A DNA stretch of 53,919 nt. It comes from Firmicutes bacterium CAG:170. Its GTDB lineage: Bacteria > Bacillota > Clostridia > Oscillospirales > Oscillospiraceae. Made by a program: the position numbers and the translations under genes. The stretch lies in assembly GCA_000436735.1 (NCBI GenBank), contig FR887093.1, forward strand, positions 1-53,919, read 5' to 3'. Below the pieces are notes generated by a model. It was given only the letters and a program-made list of their open reading frames with translations, did not search any database and was not told the DNA's origin. Of the stretch, positions 9,384 to 16,206 are shown piece by piece. Numbering within the stretch: position 1 is the first letter of the stretch; each line of letters opens with the position of its first letter.

Positions 9384-9705
9384 CAAGCCCGGCTACTGCC
9401 TTGTGCGGTTCTATGAGAACGTAGCTCCGTTCTCGGAAACGCAGGGCGAGCTGACGATCTCCGGCTTCGAGTACGATGAGTATTATCTGGAACTGCCATT
9501 CTATGACGGGATCTATGATGATATTCTCGGCAGCTTCGACGGCTATTTCGCGCAGGCGAAGCTGGCCGAAGCCGAAAAGGAGACCATTCCGAAGCTGAAA
9601 CAGCAGGTAAGCGACCTGCAAAGCGTCAATGAAGGACTGTCCGCACAGATCACGCAGGCGCAGCTTGCGCTCTGTGACGTCTATGAGCTTGTGATCGGAG
9701 GTTGA
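9325..9705 (+). CDS. Hypothetical protein with C-terminal coiled coil (tail-fibre chaperone-like)
   Basis: AAGGAGG RBS; C-terminus QITQAQLALCDVYE of the kind found just upstream of CD1375/XkdX-like genes; overlaps the RT 3' end. Confidence 0.6.
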   Translation: MKVRGDNAPANAFSLEEQPDKPGYCLVRFYENVAPFSETQGELTISGFEYDEYYLELPFYDGIYDDILGSFDGYFAQAKLAEAEKETIPKLKQQVSDLQSVNEGLSAQITQAQLALCDVYELVIGG

Positions 9706-9710
9706 TGGAT

Positions 9711-9830
9711 ATGGCGAAAGTGTATGCCGAGCTGATTCGAAAGGGGCTGAAAACACTTGATGATGTGCCGGAACGACTGCGCGAGGAAGTCCGGCGTATC
9801 CTTGAAGAAGATGAGGTCGAGGGCGTATGA
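9711..9830 (+). CDS. Small CD1375/XkdX-like protein
   Basis: MAKVYAELIRKGLKTLDDVPERLREEVRRILEE; GGAGG RBS; too short for the ORF track. Confidence 0.75.
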   Translation: MAKVYAELIRKGLKTLDDVPERLREEVRRILEEDEVEGV

Positions 9831-9883
9831 AGCGCCTTCGACTTTTTCTTTTGACTATTCTGTGTGGAAAGGAGGTCGCTGAT

Positions 9884-10000
9884 ATGGCAATCGTGTATGC
9901 GACGTTGATCGTCAAGGGCAAAAAGACGCTCGACCAGGTGCCGGCTCTCATCAAGCCGCAGGTCGAGGAAATCCTGAAGGATCTCGAAGTAGAGATCTGA
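9884..10000 (+). CDS. Second small CD1375/XkdX-like protein
   Basis: MAIVYATLIVKGKKTLDQVPALIKPQVEEILKDL; AAGGAGG RBS; paralogous to the previous ORF. Confidence 0.75.
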   Translation: MAIVYATLIVKGKKTLDQVPALIKPQVEEILKDLEVEI

Positions 10001-10065
10001 CACGCAGCAGGAGGGGCGGCACGGTCTGCCTCTCCTGCATTTTGCAAGTAGAGGTGAAAGTGATT

Positions 10066-10407
10066 ATGACAATCAACGCTGGTGAGTTTCTGATCGCGTT
10101 TGTCGCGGCTATGGGGATTCCGTCCGCCATCATGGGCCTTATCGTCTGGAAACTGGAACGGAAAATTGCGGCGCGTGATAAGCGCGCCGAAGAGCAGGAT
10201 GAAGCGCAGAAAGACTTCTTTCTGCTCATGGTGCAGAGTACAGGCGCAGCAATCGCGCTCGGCGAAGCAACCGCCAAGGCGGTACAGCGCATTCCAGACG
10301 CGAACTGCAACGGCGATATGCACGATGCTCTGAACTACGCAGCCAACATCAAGCATAAGCAGAAGGATTTTTTGACAAAGCAGGGCATTCACGCCCTGTA
10401 TGACTGA
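10066..10407 (+). CDS. Membrane protein of the lysis cassette
   Basis: N-terminal transmembrane segment followed by a charged helix; precedes the holin. Confidence 0.6.
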   Translation: MTINAGEFLIAFVAAMGIPSAIMGLIVWKLERKIAARDKRAEEQDEAQKDFFLLMVQSTGAAIALGEATAKAVQRIPDANCNGDMHDALNYAANIKHKQKDFLTKQGIHALYD

Positions 10408-10422
10408 GGAGGAACACGATTC

Positions 10423-10764
10423 ATGGAATACAACATTACCACCATCATTCAGGCGGTATTTGCGCTGATCGCAGCAGTCATTACCGTCATTGTCATTCCG
10501 TACATCAAGAGCAAGACCACAGCCCAGCAGCAGGCAGAAATCAACGCATGGGTGAAGATTGCCGTATCTGCCGCAGAGCAGATTTACAACGGCTCCGGTC
10601 GCGGTCCTGAGAAGAAAGCGTATGTCTTGGAATGGCTCAGGCAGCGCGGCATTACGGTTGACGAAGCCAAACTGGACGCTATGATCGAGTCCGCCGTTTA
10701 TGAATTGAAAAGCGGCGTTTTGGCTGTCGGTGAGCTTTCGACCTCCGGGGGCGACGAAACATGA
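10423..10764 (+). CDS. Phage holin, LL-H-like
   Basis: N-terminal TM; AVSAAEQIY..GPEKKAYV..IESAVYE motif. Confidence 0.85.
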   Translation: MEYNITTIIQAVFALIAAVITVIVIPYIKSKTTAQQQAEINAWVKIAVSAAEQIYNGSGRGPEKKAYVLEWLRQRGITVDEAKLDAMIESAVYELKSGVLAVGELSTSGGDET

Positions 10765-11534
10765 GCGTACGCATCGGGCAGGCGTCGCTCGGCGAAACTG
10801 GCGCGCATGGGCAGAAACCCGGCAATCAGACCGGTCGCGAATTAAACTTCGCGTATTGGTACTCTGGAAGCTGGCTCGGTGTTCTCCGGTTCAAGGACCG
10901 CAGGAAAGCCGAGCTAGCCGCGCAGGCGTGCGAAGCTGGTGTCGGCAACAAGAACATCGGGTACGATCAGGACGGTCGCAACACGGCCTACGTCGCTGCG
11001 GAAGCGGTAGACTTCATTCTGAGCAAGATCGCAAAGCCCGTAGAAACGGACTGCAGCGCGTTTATGATGCTCTGCGCAATTTCCGCTGGCGTCGACGCCC
11101 TGAAAGAAACCTACCGCAAGCAGGGCAATTCCTGCACGACCTACTGCATGATGCGCTGCTTCCCTGCTACGGGAGAATTTGAATTGCTGACTGACCGGAA
11201 GCACCTGACATCTGACGCCTACCTGCGCCGGGGCGATATTCTGGTATCGTCCGGGCATACGGTCATGGTGTTGGAAAACGGAGAAAAGGAGGACGACGAT
11301 ATGGACAAGGCAACCTTCACCGAGCTTTTCCGCGAAATGCGGAAAGATCTTCAGGACAATGACTGCAGCGATTGGAGCGAAGCTGCTCGCCAGTGGGCAG
11401 TCAACAACGGCATCGTGCAGGGCGGCGCACCGCTGCCCGACGGCTCCGCGAACTTCATGTGGCAGGACATGATGACGCGCGAGCAGCTCGTCACGGTTCT
11501 TTACCGCTTCGCGCAGAAGCTCGGCATGATCTGA
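10761..11534 (+). CDS. Endolysin (CHAP/NlpC-like cysteine hydrolase with SLH-like C-terminus)
   Basis: NIGYDQ..ETDCSAF..GDILVSSGHT; C-terminal WAVNNGIVQG..MTREQLVTVLYRF; follows the holin. Confidence 0.8.
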   Translation: MSVRIGQASLGETGAHGQKPGNQTGRELNFAYWYSGSWLGVLRFKDRRKAELAAQACEAGVGNKNIGYDQDGRNTAYVAAEAVDFILSKIAKPVETDCSAFMMLCAISAGVDALKETYRKQGNSCTTYCMMRCFPATGEFELLTDRKHLTSDAYLRRGDILVSSGHTVMVLENGEKEDDDMDKATFTELFREMRKDLQDNDCSDWSEAARQWAVNNGIVQGGAPLPDGSANFMWQDMMTREQLVTVLYRFAQKLGMI

Positions 11535-11854
11535 TGGCTCAGAAAAAGCGCAGGAGAAAGAAGCTGGACACGAGCAAACTCGTCTGCTTCCTGCTGGTCG
11601 GGTCTGGCTTGCTTATCACGCAGGAATGTATTTACCTGATGCGCCTGTGCATCAAGTCCAACTATATGGCTTCTGCCGCTTGGTTGACAGCCGCGCTCAG
11701 TCTGGCGCAGGTTATCATCATCACGGGCGGCAAGTGCTATTTTGAGCTGGTCAAGTCCGACCACAAGCGTGGCGGCATCACGTTTGAAGCCGCCAAGGCA
11801 AACGGCTTTCAGGAGCAGGACGCATCGGACAACGTGGACAGCGCCTTTATCTGA
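11534..11854 (+). CDS. Two-TM membrane protein
   Basis: MAQKKRRRKKLDTSKLV.. with two hydrophobic stretches; coupled to the endolysin stop. Confidence 0.6.
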   Translation: MAQKKRRRKKLDTSKLVCFLLVGSGLLITQECIYLMRLCIKSNYMASAAWLTAALSLAQVIIITGGKCYFELVKSDHKRGGITFEAAKANGFQEQDASDNVDSAFI

Positions 11855-11864
11855 ACACATGAAC

Positions 11865-11910
11865 AAACCCCTCGCATGGCAGAAGTGTCATGTGAGGGGT
11901 TTTCTTTTTT
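11865..11910 (+). terminator. Intrinsic terminator ending the late operon
   Basis: AAACCCCTCGCATGGCA-GAAG-TGTCATGTGAGGGGTTT followed by a T-tract. Confidence 0.85.
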
Positions 11911-12028
11911 GCGCGGCTCTGGCGGCTCGCTACGCTGTTTTTATATCTGCCCATTGATTCTCTCGTCGCTTTGCGCTGCCTAAACTTGCAAGTCCAGCAG
12001 CGACGCGACAGATGGGCTTCGGCGGCAA

Positions 12029-12496
12029 CTAACGTTTCTTACGCACGCGAACGCGCTTCTTTGTGTTCCACTCGGCAATTACCGCGCTGATCCTGTCGGC
12101 GAGGAAATAGCTTCGTGAGCAGATCATGCGGTCGATACAGGCTATTTCTTCTTGCGATAAACTTCGCAAGGCATCGACCGCTTTGTATGACAGCCCCAGC
12201 TCATCCGCAGCAGCAGGAGTTCTTTCTGGTGCGCCCGTTAATCCGAGCAGCCAGTCAGATGATACACCGAAAAACTCAGACAGCCTTGCAAGGTACTCTG
12301 TTTTCAGATCGCGTGTACCGTTTTCCCATTGTGTGATAGTCTCCCGGCGAACGACCAAGCCGAGCTTTGCAAGCTCGTCGGACAGAGCTTTTTGAGATAG
12401 ACCGCGAGCTTCGCGGAGAAAGGTGATTCGTTCCCCGACTGCTTTTCTGGTTACAAACCTATCTTTGCCGCTAGGAGCAGATTCTTGATTGTCCAC
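12029..12496 (-). CDS. XRE-family HTH regulator
   Basis: LREARGLSQKALS..TITQWENGTR..FFGVSSDWLLG. Confidence 0.85.
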   Translation of the reverse strand: MDNQESAPSGKDRFVTRKAVGERITFLREARGLSQKALSDELAKLGLVVRRETITQWENGTRDLKTEYLARLSEFFGVSSDWLLGLTGAPERTPAAADELGLSYKAVDALRSLSQEEIACIDRMICSRSYFLADRISAVIAEWNTKKRVRVRKKR

Positions 12497-12525
12497 TTTT
12501 TTGATGCCTCCTATTCTTCAATGGC

Positions 12526-12840
12526 TCAGAACGGCCATGTGTCACGCTCCGGAACAAACTCAATGATAGTATTCTCTGGGATTGGGTCACACGGTTCGCC
12601 ATCAAAAGCGTTGCCCTGCTTCGTGCAGATGTCGGCCGGTCGGCTCTTGCGCGGATCGACGTCAACATACAGTCTTCCGTCGCACTCATACACGGGACGA
12701 TCCCAGCTATCACGTCCCAATAAGCGAAGCGTCAGCTTCGGTGCGGCACGAAACTCTTCGTAGCTCATGTTTCCTGCTGCTTTCATTACGGAGCTGGCTG
12801 CTGCCAGCTCCTCGGGTGTCCAGTCTCTGCTCATGCTCAA
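12526..12840 (-). CDS. Hypothetical protein
   Basis: GRDSWDRPVYE..FDGEPCDPI; member of the leftward early operon. Confidence 0.65.
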   Translation of the reverse strand: MSMSRDWTPEELAAASSVMKAAGNMSYEEFRAAPKLTLRLLGRDSWDRPVYECDGRLYVDVDPRKSRPADICTKQGNAFDGEPCDPIPENTIIEFVPERDTWPF

Positions 12841-13535
12841 TAATCCTCCTCAATACATTCGTCCGCTTCGGTGTAATATGCTCCGTCGTAGCCTTTTCCC
12901 ATAACCTTGTCGTAGCAATCGAAGCAGACCAACCGGTAAGTAATGCCGTGGCAGTCTCGTGTAAAAGTCATGTCCTCTCGCAGAAACTCACCCCTGCAGA
13001 CAGGGCATTCGATCTTCCGCGCTTTCTCCCACCCGGCGTCTTCCAGATCGTCGAAGCCGTTCCAGACGTCCTCCATGACGATCTGCTTTTCATCGTTCAC
13101 GATGAGACCTGCAGCATCCTCGCCGTAAAGCTCACTTTCAAGCAGGAACAGGTGCGCGGTGAGCGTTTCCGGTTTGCCGTCCACGTCCGGGGTAATCTGA
13201 AAATCGCCCTCGTCAATGACATACCACGTTCCCTCGTGACCGGCGATCTCGATGCCGTCGCTATTCCAGCTCAGCATACGCCACAACTCCGGTTCTTTTG
13301 TGATTGCCCACACGTTGAGCGAATTCTGCTTATGCGCAAAATCTTCGAGAGCTTCAACCGTTCCGCAGGTGTCGCAGATGTAGCAGCCAATGCGGCGGCT
13401 GAGGGCGTTGTGTGTGACGCTCTCTGCGTCCATCGTCATCTTCCCGCAGCGGGGACACGCGAAGTGTCCACCCGGCTGCTTTTGGGCAAAGCGTTCGATC
13501 AATGTCTTTGCCGGCTTATCGATCATCAGTCCCAT
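12837..13535 (-). CDS. Multi-domain Zn-ribbon protein
   Basis: CPRC/CDTC and CPVC/CFDC pairs flank a GHEGTWYVID..WNGFDDL domain; start after AAGGAGG. Confidence 0.65.
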   Translation of the reverse strand: MGLMIDKPAKTLIERFAQKQPGGHFACPRCGKMTMDAESVTHNALSRRIGCYICDTCGTVEALEDFAHKQNSLNVWAITKEPELWRMLSWNSDGIEIAGHEGTWYVIDEGDFQITPDVDGKPETLTAHLFLLESELYGEDAAGLIVNDEKQIVMEDVWNGFDDLEDAGWEKARKIECPVCRGEFLREDMTFTRDCHGITYRLVCFDCYDKVMGKGYDGAYYTEADECIEEDY

Positions 13536-13548
13536 GCTCTGAGCCTCC

Positions 13549-13770
13549 TTACCACTCTTGCCCCTCAAAGTCTTCCAGCGCATTCAGCGCGGCAAAGTGT
13601 TCGCGCATAAATTTGCCCGCATCTTCGTCCTGCCGATTTATCAGTTCCTCATCTGCACCGTTTTCTTCGTATTCGCGTTGAAGCCGTCTGGAGTTCTCGT
13701 AGACTTCTTTGCGCTTACGCTCATCCTCAATCAAGAGCGCGTGAATGTATTCCAACGTTTTGATCGTCAT
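13549..13770 (-). CDS. Hypothetical protein
   Basis: MTIKTLEY.. after AAAGGAG RBS. Confidence 0.6.
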   Translation of the reverse strand: MTIKTLEYIHALLIEDERKRKEVYENSRRLQREYEENGADEELINRQDEDAGKFMREHFAALNALEDFEGQEW

Positions 13771-13784
13771 AAGGCTTTCTCCTT

Positions 13785-14015
13785 TCACTCGATAGCAGCT
13801 TCGATGCTGCTGATAGCTTCTTCCAAACTGTCCACAGCACTGGAAAGATTGTCGCAGGCTTCATCGGCCTTTTCATAGCGTTCGCTTTCCTGCATATTCT
13901 CCGGGATATTGTCCCGGTATTCTTCTTCCTCAGCCTGGAGGGCTTCGAGGCTGCCTTTCAGCTCCTCCAACTGGTCAATGATGGCCTGCAAATTCTTGCG
14001 GCGAACCTTATTCAT
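13785..14015 (-). CDS. Coiled-coil hypothetical protein
   Basis: MNKVRRKNL..EEEEYRDNIPENMQESERYE, a common small phage protein type. Confidence 0.7.
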   Translation of the reverse strand: MNKVRRKNLQAIIDQLEELKGSLEALQAEEEEYRDNIPENMQESERYEKADEACDNLSSAVDSLEEAISSIEAAIE

Positions 14016-14217
14016 CGTCGTTATCCTCCCCATAGTTTTCTTCAAAGCGGCCTTCAACAATGCCGCCGTAGGTGTAGCCATTGTCGAAGCTCAGATAGAT
14101 TGGCGTATCTTCATCGTACTGCGCGAGGAAGTTGATCAACTCGCCAGCGGTCATTGTCCGGTTGATCTGGTCGACGCCGTAACCTTCGCGGGACGTGGAA
14201 TAAATCAGCTTTTTCAT
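14008..14217 (-). CDS. Hypothetical protein
   Basis: MKKLIYS..MTAGELINFLAQYDEDTPIYLSFDNGYTYG. Confidence 0.65.
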   Translation of the reverse strand: MKKLIYSTSREGYGVDQINRTMTAGELINFLAQYDEDTPIYLSFDNGYTYGGIVEGRFEENYGEDNDDE

Positions 14218-14230
14218 GATAATCCTTTCA

Positions 14231-14524
14231 GCCCTCGTGACCTCCGGGGCGGGCACTGTTCAAAGATAGTAAAACGTCGAGGTATCCCAGTGAATGAGCT
14301 CACGCGCTATATCGACGCAGATATTCCAGTAGACAAAGGGCTTTTGCTTGCGGCCGTGGAAGGCGTAAAGACCTACTCTCACATAATCGCTCTCATCGCT
14401 GCATTTCTCGATGATTTCAATTCTGTCTTTTGGGGCGATGCGTCCGGTACTGATAAGTGCAGTTTGTAACGCAGTTTTGATATCCATGGTTCTTTCCTGC
14501 GCCCTCGTAACCTCCGGGGCGGGC
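14231..14524 (-). repeat. 24-bp intergenic direct repeat, two copies
   Basis: GCCCTCGT(G/A)ACCTCCGGGGCGGGC at 14231-14254 and 14501-14524. Confidence 0.9.
14260..14487 (-). CDS. Hypothetical protein flanked by the repeats
   Basis: MDIKTALQ..WDTSTFYYL, with an RBS-like GGAAAG upstream. Confidence 0.6.
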   Translation of the reverse strand: MDIKTALQTALISTGRIAPKDRIEIIEKCSDESDYVRVGLYAFHGRKQKPFVYWNICVDIARELIHWDTSTFYYL

Positions 14525-14530
14525 TGTGAT

Positions 14531-15127
14531 TTAGCAGCAGTAGAAGCGGAGCTCGCCGTTGACCAGCTCGTACATGAAGCAGGCACAGTCGAAGCGAACA
14601 TAGTTCCAGTCAGTGGATTCGTACACAGGCGTGCGGTCGAAGGTTCCGGACTTGCGGAGGCGGCGGTGCTTGTTGACCTCGTAGGTGTGAACCTCGTGCA
14701 GAATGTGAATCTTTTCGGGAGCAAAGCCGCACTCGTCAGCGATGAATGTCTTGGCTTCTTCGTCGGTCATCAGCTTGCCACAGTTGGCAAGGTGGTCGTA
14801 GTCGCTCTGGCTCATGTTCGTTCCGGTGCCGGTGCTGGGCTTCCACTCAAGCTCACGATCCAACTCGGCAGTCAGGTCGTTGATCTGCTTCTCGCGAGCT
14901 TCCATCTCGGTCTTATGCTGCTTTTCCATCTCGACCAACTGGCTCTTGAGCTGTGCAATTTCTTCGGCTCTTGCCTTGTAGATTTTCTTTTCGCCGCCGT
15001 TCTTCACGAACGCCTTGCAGAATTCGTCTTTGTTGCCATTGAAGTCGTAGTAGGCTTTTTCAATCTTCGCATACTCGCTGGCGGTCGGCTCGAAGCCGGT
15101 GCGCTCGATAAACTCAGAAATCATCAT
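14531..15127 (-). CDS. Hypothetical protein
   Basis: MMISEFIERTGFEPT..; AAGGAGG RBS. Confidence 0.7.
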   Translation of the reverse strand: MMISEFIERTGFEPTASEYAKIEKAYYDFNGNKDEFCKAFVKNGGEKKIYKARAEEIAQLKSQLVEMEKQHKTEMEAREKQINDLTAELDRELEWKPSTGTGTNMSQSDYDHLANCGKLMTDEEAKTFIADECGFAPEKIHILHEVHTYEVNKHRRLRKSGTFDRTPVYESTDWNYVRFDCACFMYELVNGELRFYCC

Positions 15128-15253
15128 TTTGTGTTCCTCCTTGATATTTTTGCCTTACTCGGTTATAATCAAGGTGGCCGGGGTAAGGCTCCCGGCTCAC
15201 CTTTCGGGGTGTTTGAGTAGCGGGTCTGTGGAAGGGGCCGCTACTCTTTTTAT

Positions 15254-15367
15254 TTACTCATCCATGATGCGCTTGACGCTTTCGCGGAGTTCTTCGAGCG
15301 TTTCGCACTTCTCGATGAGTTCGAGGATCGCTTTCAGCAGCGCCTCGGTGACGTTCACGTCGTTCAT
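15254..15367 (-). CDS. 37-aa small helical protein, first gene of the leftward operon
   Basis: MNDVNVTEALLKAILELIEKCETLEELRESVKRIMDE; AAGGAG/GAGG RBS; followed by hairpin GAGTAGCGG..CCGCTACTC. Confidence 0.65.
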   Translation of the reverse strand: MNDVNVTEALLKAILELIEKCETLEELRESVKRIMDE

Positions 15368-15414
15368 TCACCTCGCTCCTTTCAAAAAGCTGTTCGGCTT
15401 TGCCTTACATGCTT

Positions 15415-15513
15415 ATATTACACTAATTCGTGTCATTTGTCAATATATAATTTACATTTTATCGTGAAATTTGCAAAAAAGTTTTTGACAATCGACACAG
15501 AATCGTGTATAGT
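15415..15513. promoter_or_regulatory. Divergent sigma-A promoters with twin ACAC-N6-GTGT operators
   Basis: Plus: TTGACA(15485)-17-TATAGT. Minus: TTGACA(15443)-17-TAATAT. Operators at 15420-15433 and 15495-15508. Confidence 0.75.
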
Positions 15514-15532
15514 GATGACAGGAGGCGATAGT

Positions 15533-15748
15533 ATGGATATTTCAGTTGCAGAGAAGCTGCGCCTAATTATGAAACGGCAAAATATGACGATGGGCGAATT
15601 AGCCGAAGCGTCCGGGCAGACGCGCCAGAACCTGTCGAATAAGATGACTCGCGGCAACTTCACGGAAAAGGATATTGAGTCGCTGGCAAGCGCCCTGGGA
15701 TGCAGCGTGAAGATCAGCTTCATTTTGCCAGACGGAACAGAAATTTAG
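15533..15748 (+). CDS. Small XRE/Cro-like HTH regulator
   Basis: MTMGELAEASGQTRQNLSNKM; GGAGG RBS. Confidence 0.85.
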   Translation: MDISVAEKLRLIMKRQNMTMGELAEASGQTRQNLSNKMTRGNFTEKDIESLASALGCSVKISFILPDGTEI

Positions 15749-15790
15749 GGAGGAACGCCATAGAGGTCTATACGATTCCCGCAAAAGGAG

Positions 15791-15823
15791 AAAGCCCGGA
15801 CGCATGGTAAGCGTCCGGGCTTT
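15791..15823. terminator. Hairpin between convergent HTH genes
   Basis: AAAGCCCGGACGC-N7-GCGTCCGGGCTTT. Confidence 0.7.
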
Positions 15824-15833
15824 GGGGAGCAAG

Positions 15834-16094
15834 TCAGCGTTTGGTATGTAATTCAAAGCCGGTCCGTGTCCGTACCCGCGGCTCACTATTCGGTATGCGG
15901 ATAATCAGATCTTCGAGATCACAGTCCAGTGCTTCGCATATCAAATCCAGATGCTCAAGGTTGACACGCTCGGCGAATTCGTGGTAGTAGTCGTTGATGG
16001 TAGACGGACGTATTCCGGTTGCCCGAGCGAGATCAGCCTGCGTCCAGCGCCTTTCGCCGAGGCGCGTGGACAGTAAAATCCTAATCATAGCCAT
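15834..16094 (-). CDS. Cro/C1-type HTH protein
   Basis: WTQADLARATGIRPSTIND..LDLICEALDC. Confidence 0.85.
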   Translation of the reverse strand: MAMIRILLSTRLGERRWTQADLARATGIRPSTINDYYHEFAERVNLEHLDLICEALDCDLEDLIIRIPNSEPRVRTRTGFELHTKR

Positions 16095-16169
16095 GCTCCT
16101 TTACGAGAAAATATAACAAGTATTTTCTCATTTTGCAGGAAGATGGTAGATTATAACGAACTTCGTTAT

Positions 16170-16206
16170 AAAAAGAGGCAGACGCATCAAACGTCTGCCT
16201 CTTTTT
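16170..16206 (-). terminator. Bidirectional intrinsic terminator at the integrase stop
   Basis: AAAAAGAGGCAGACG-N7-CGTCTGCCTCTTTTT. Confidence 0.8.

Noticed and set aside
12582..13610. 342-aa plus-strand ORF
   Set aside because: It is antisense to a coherent RBS-bearing minus-strand operon.
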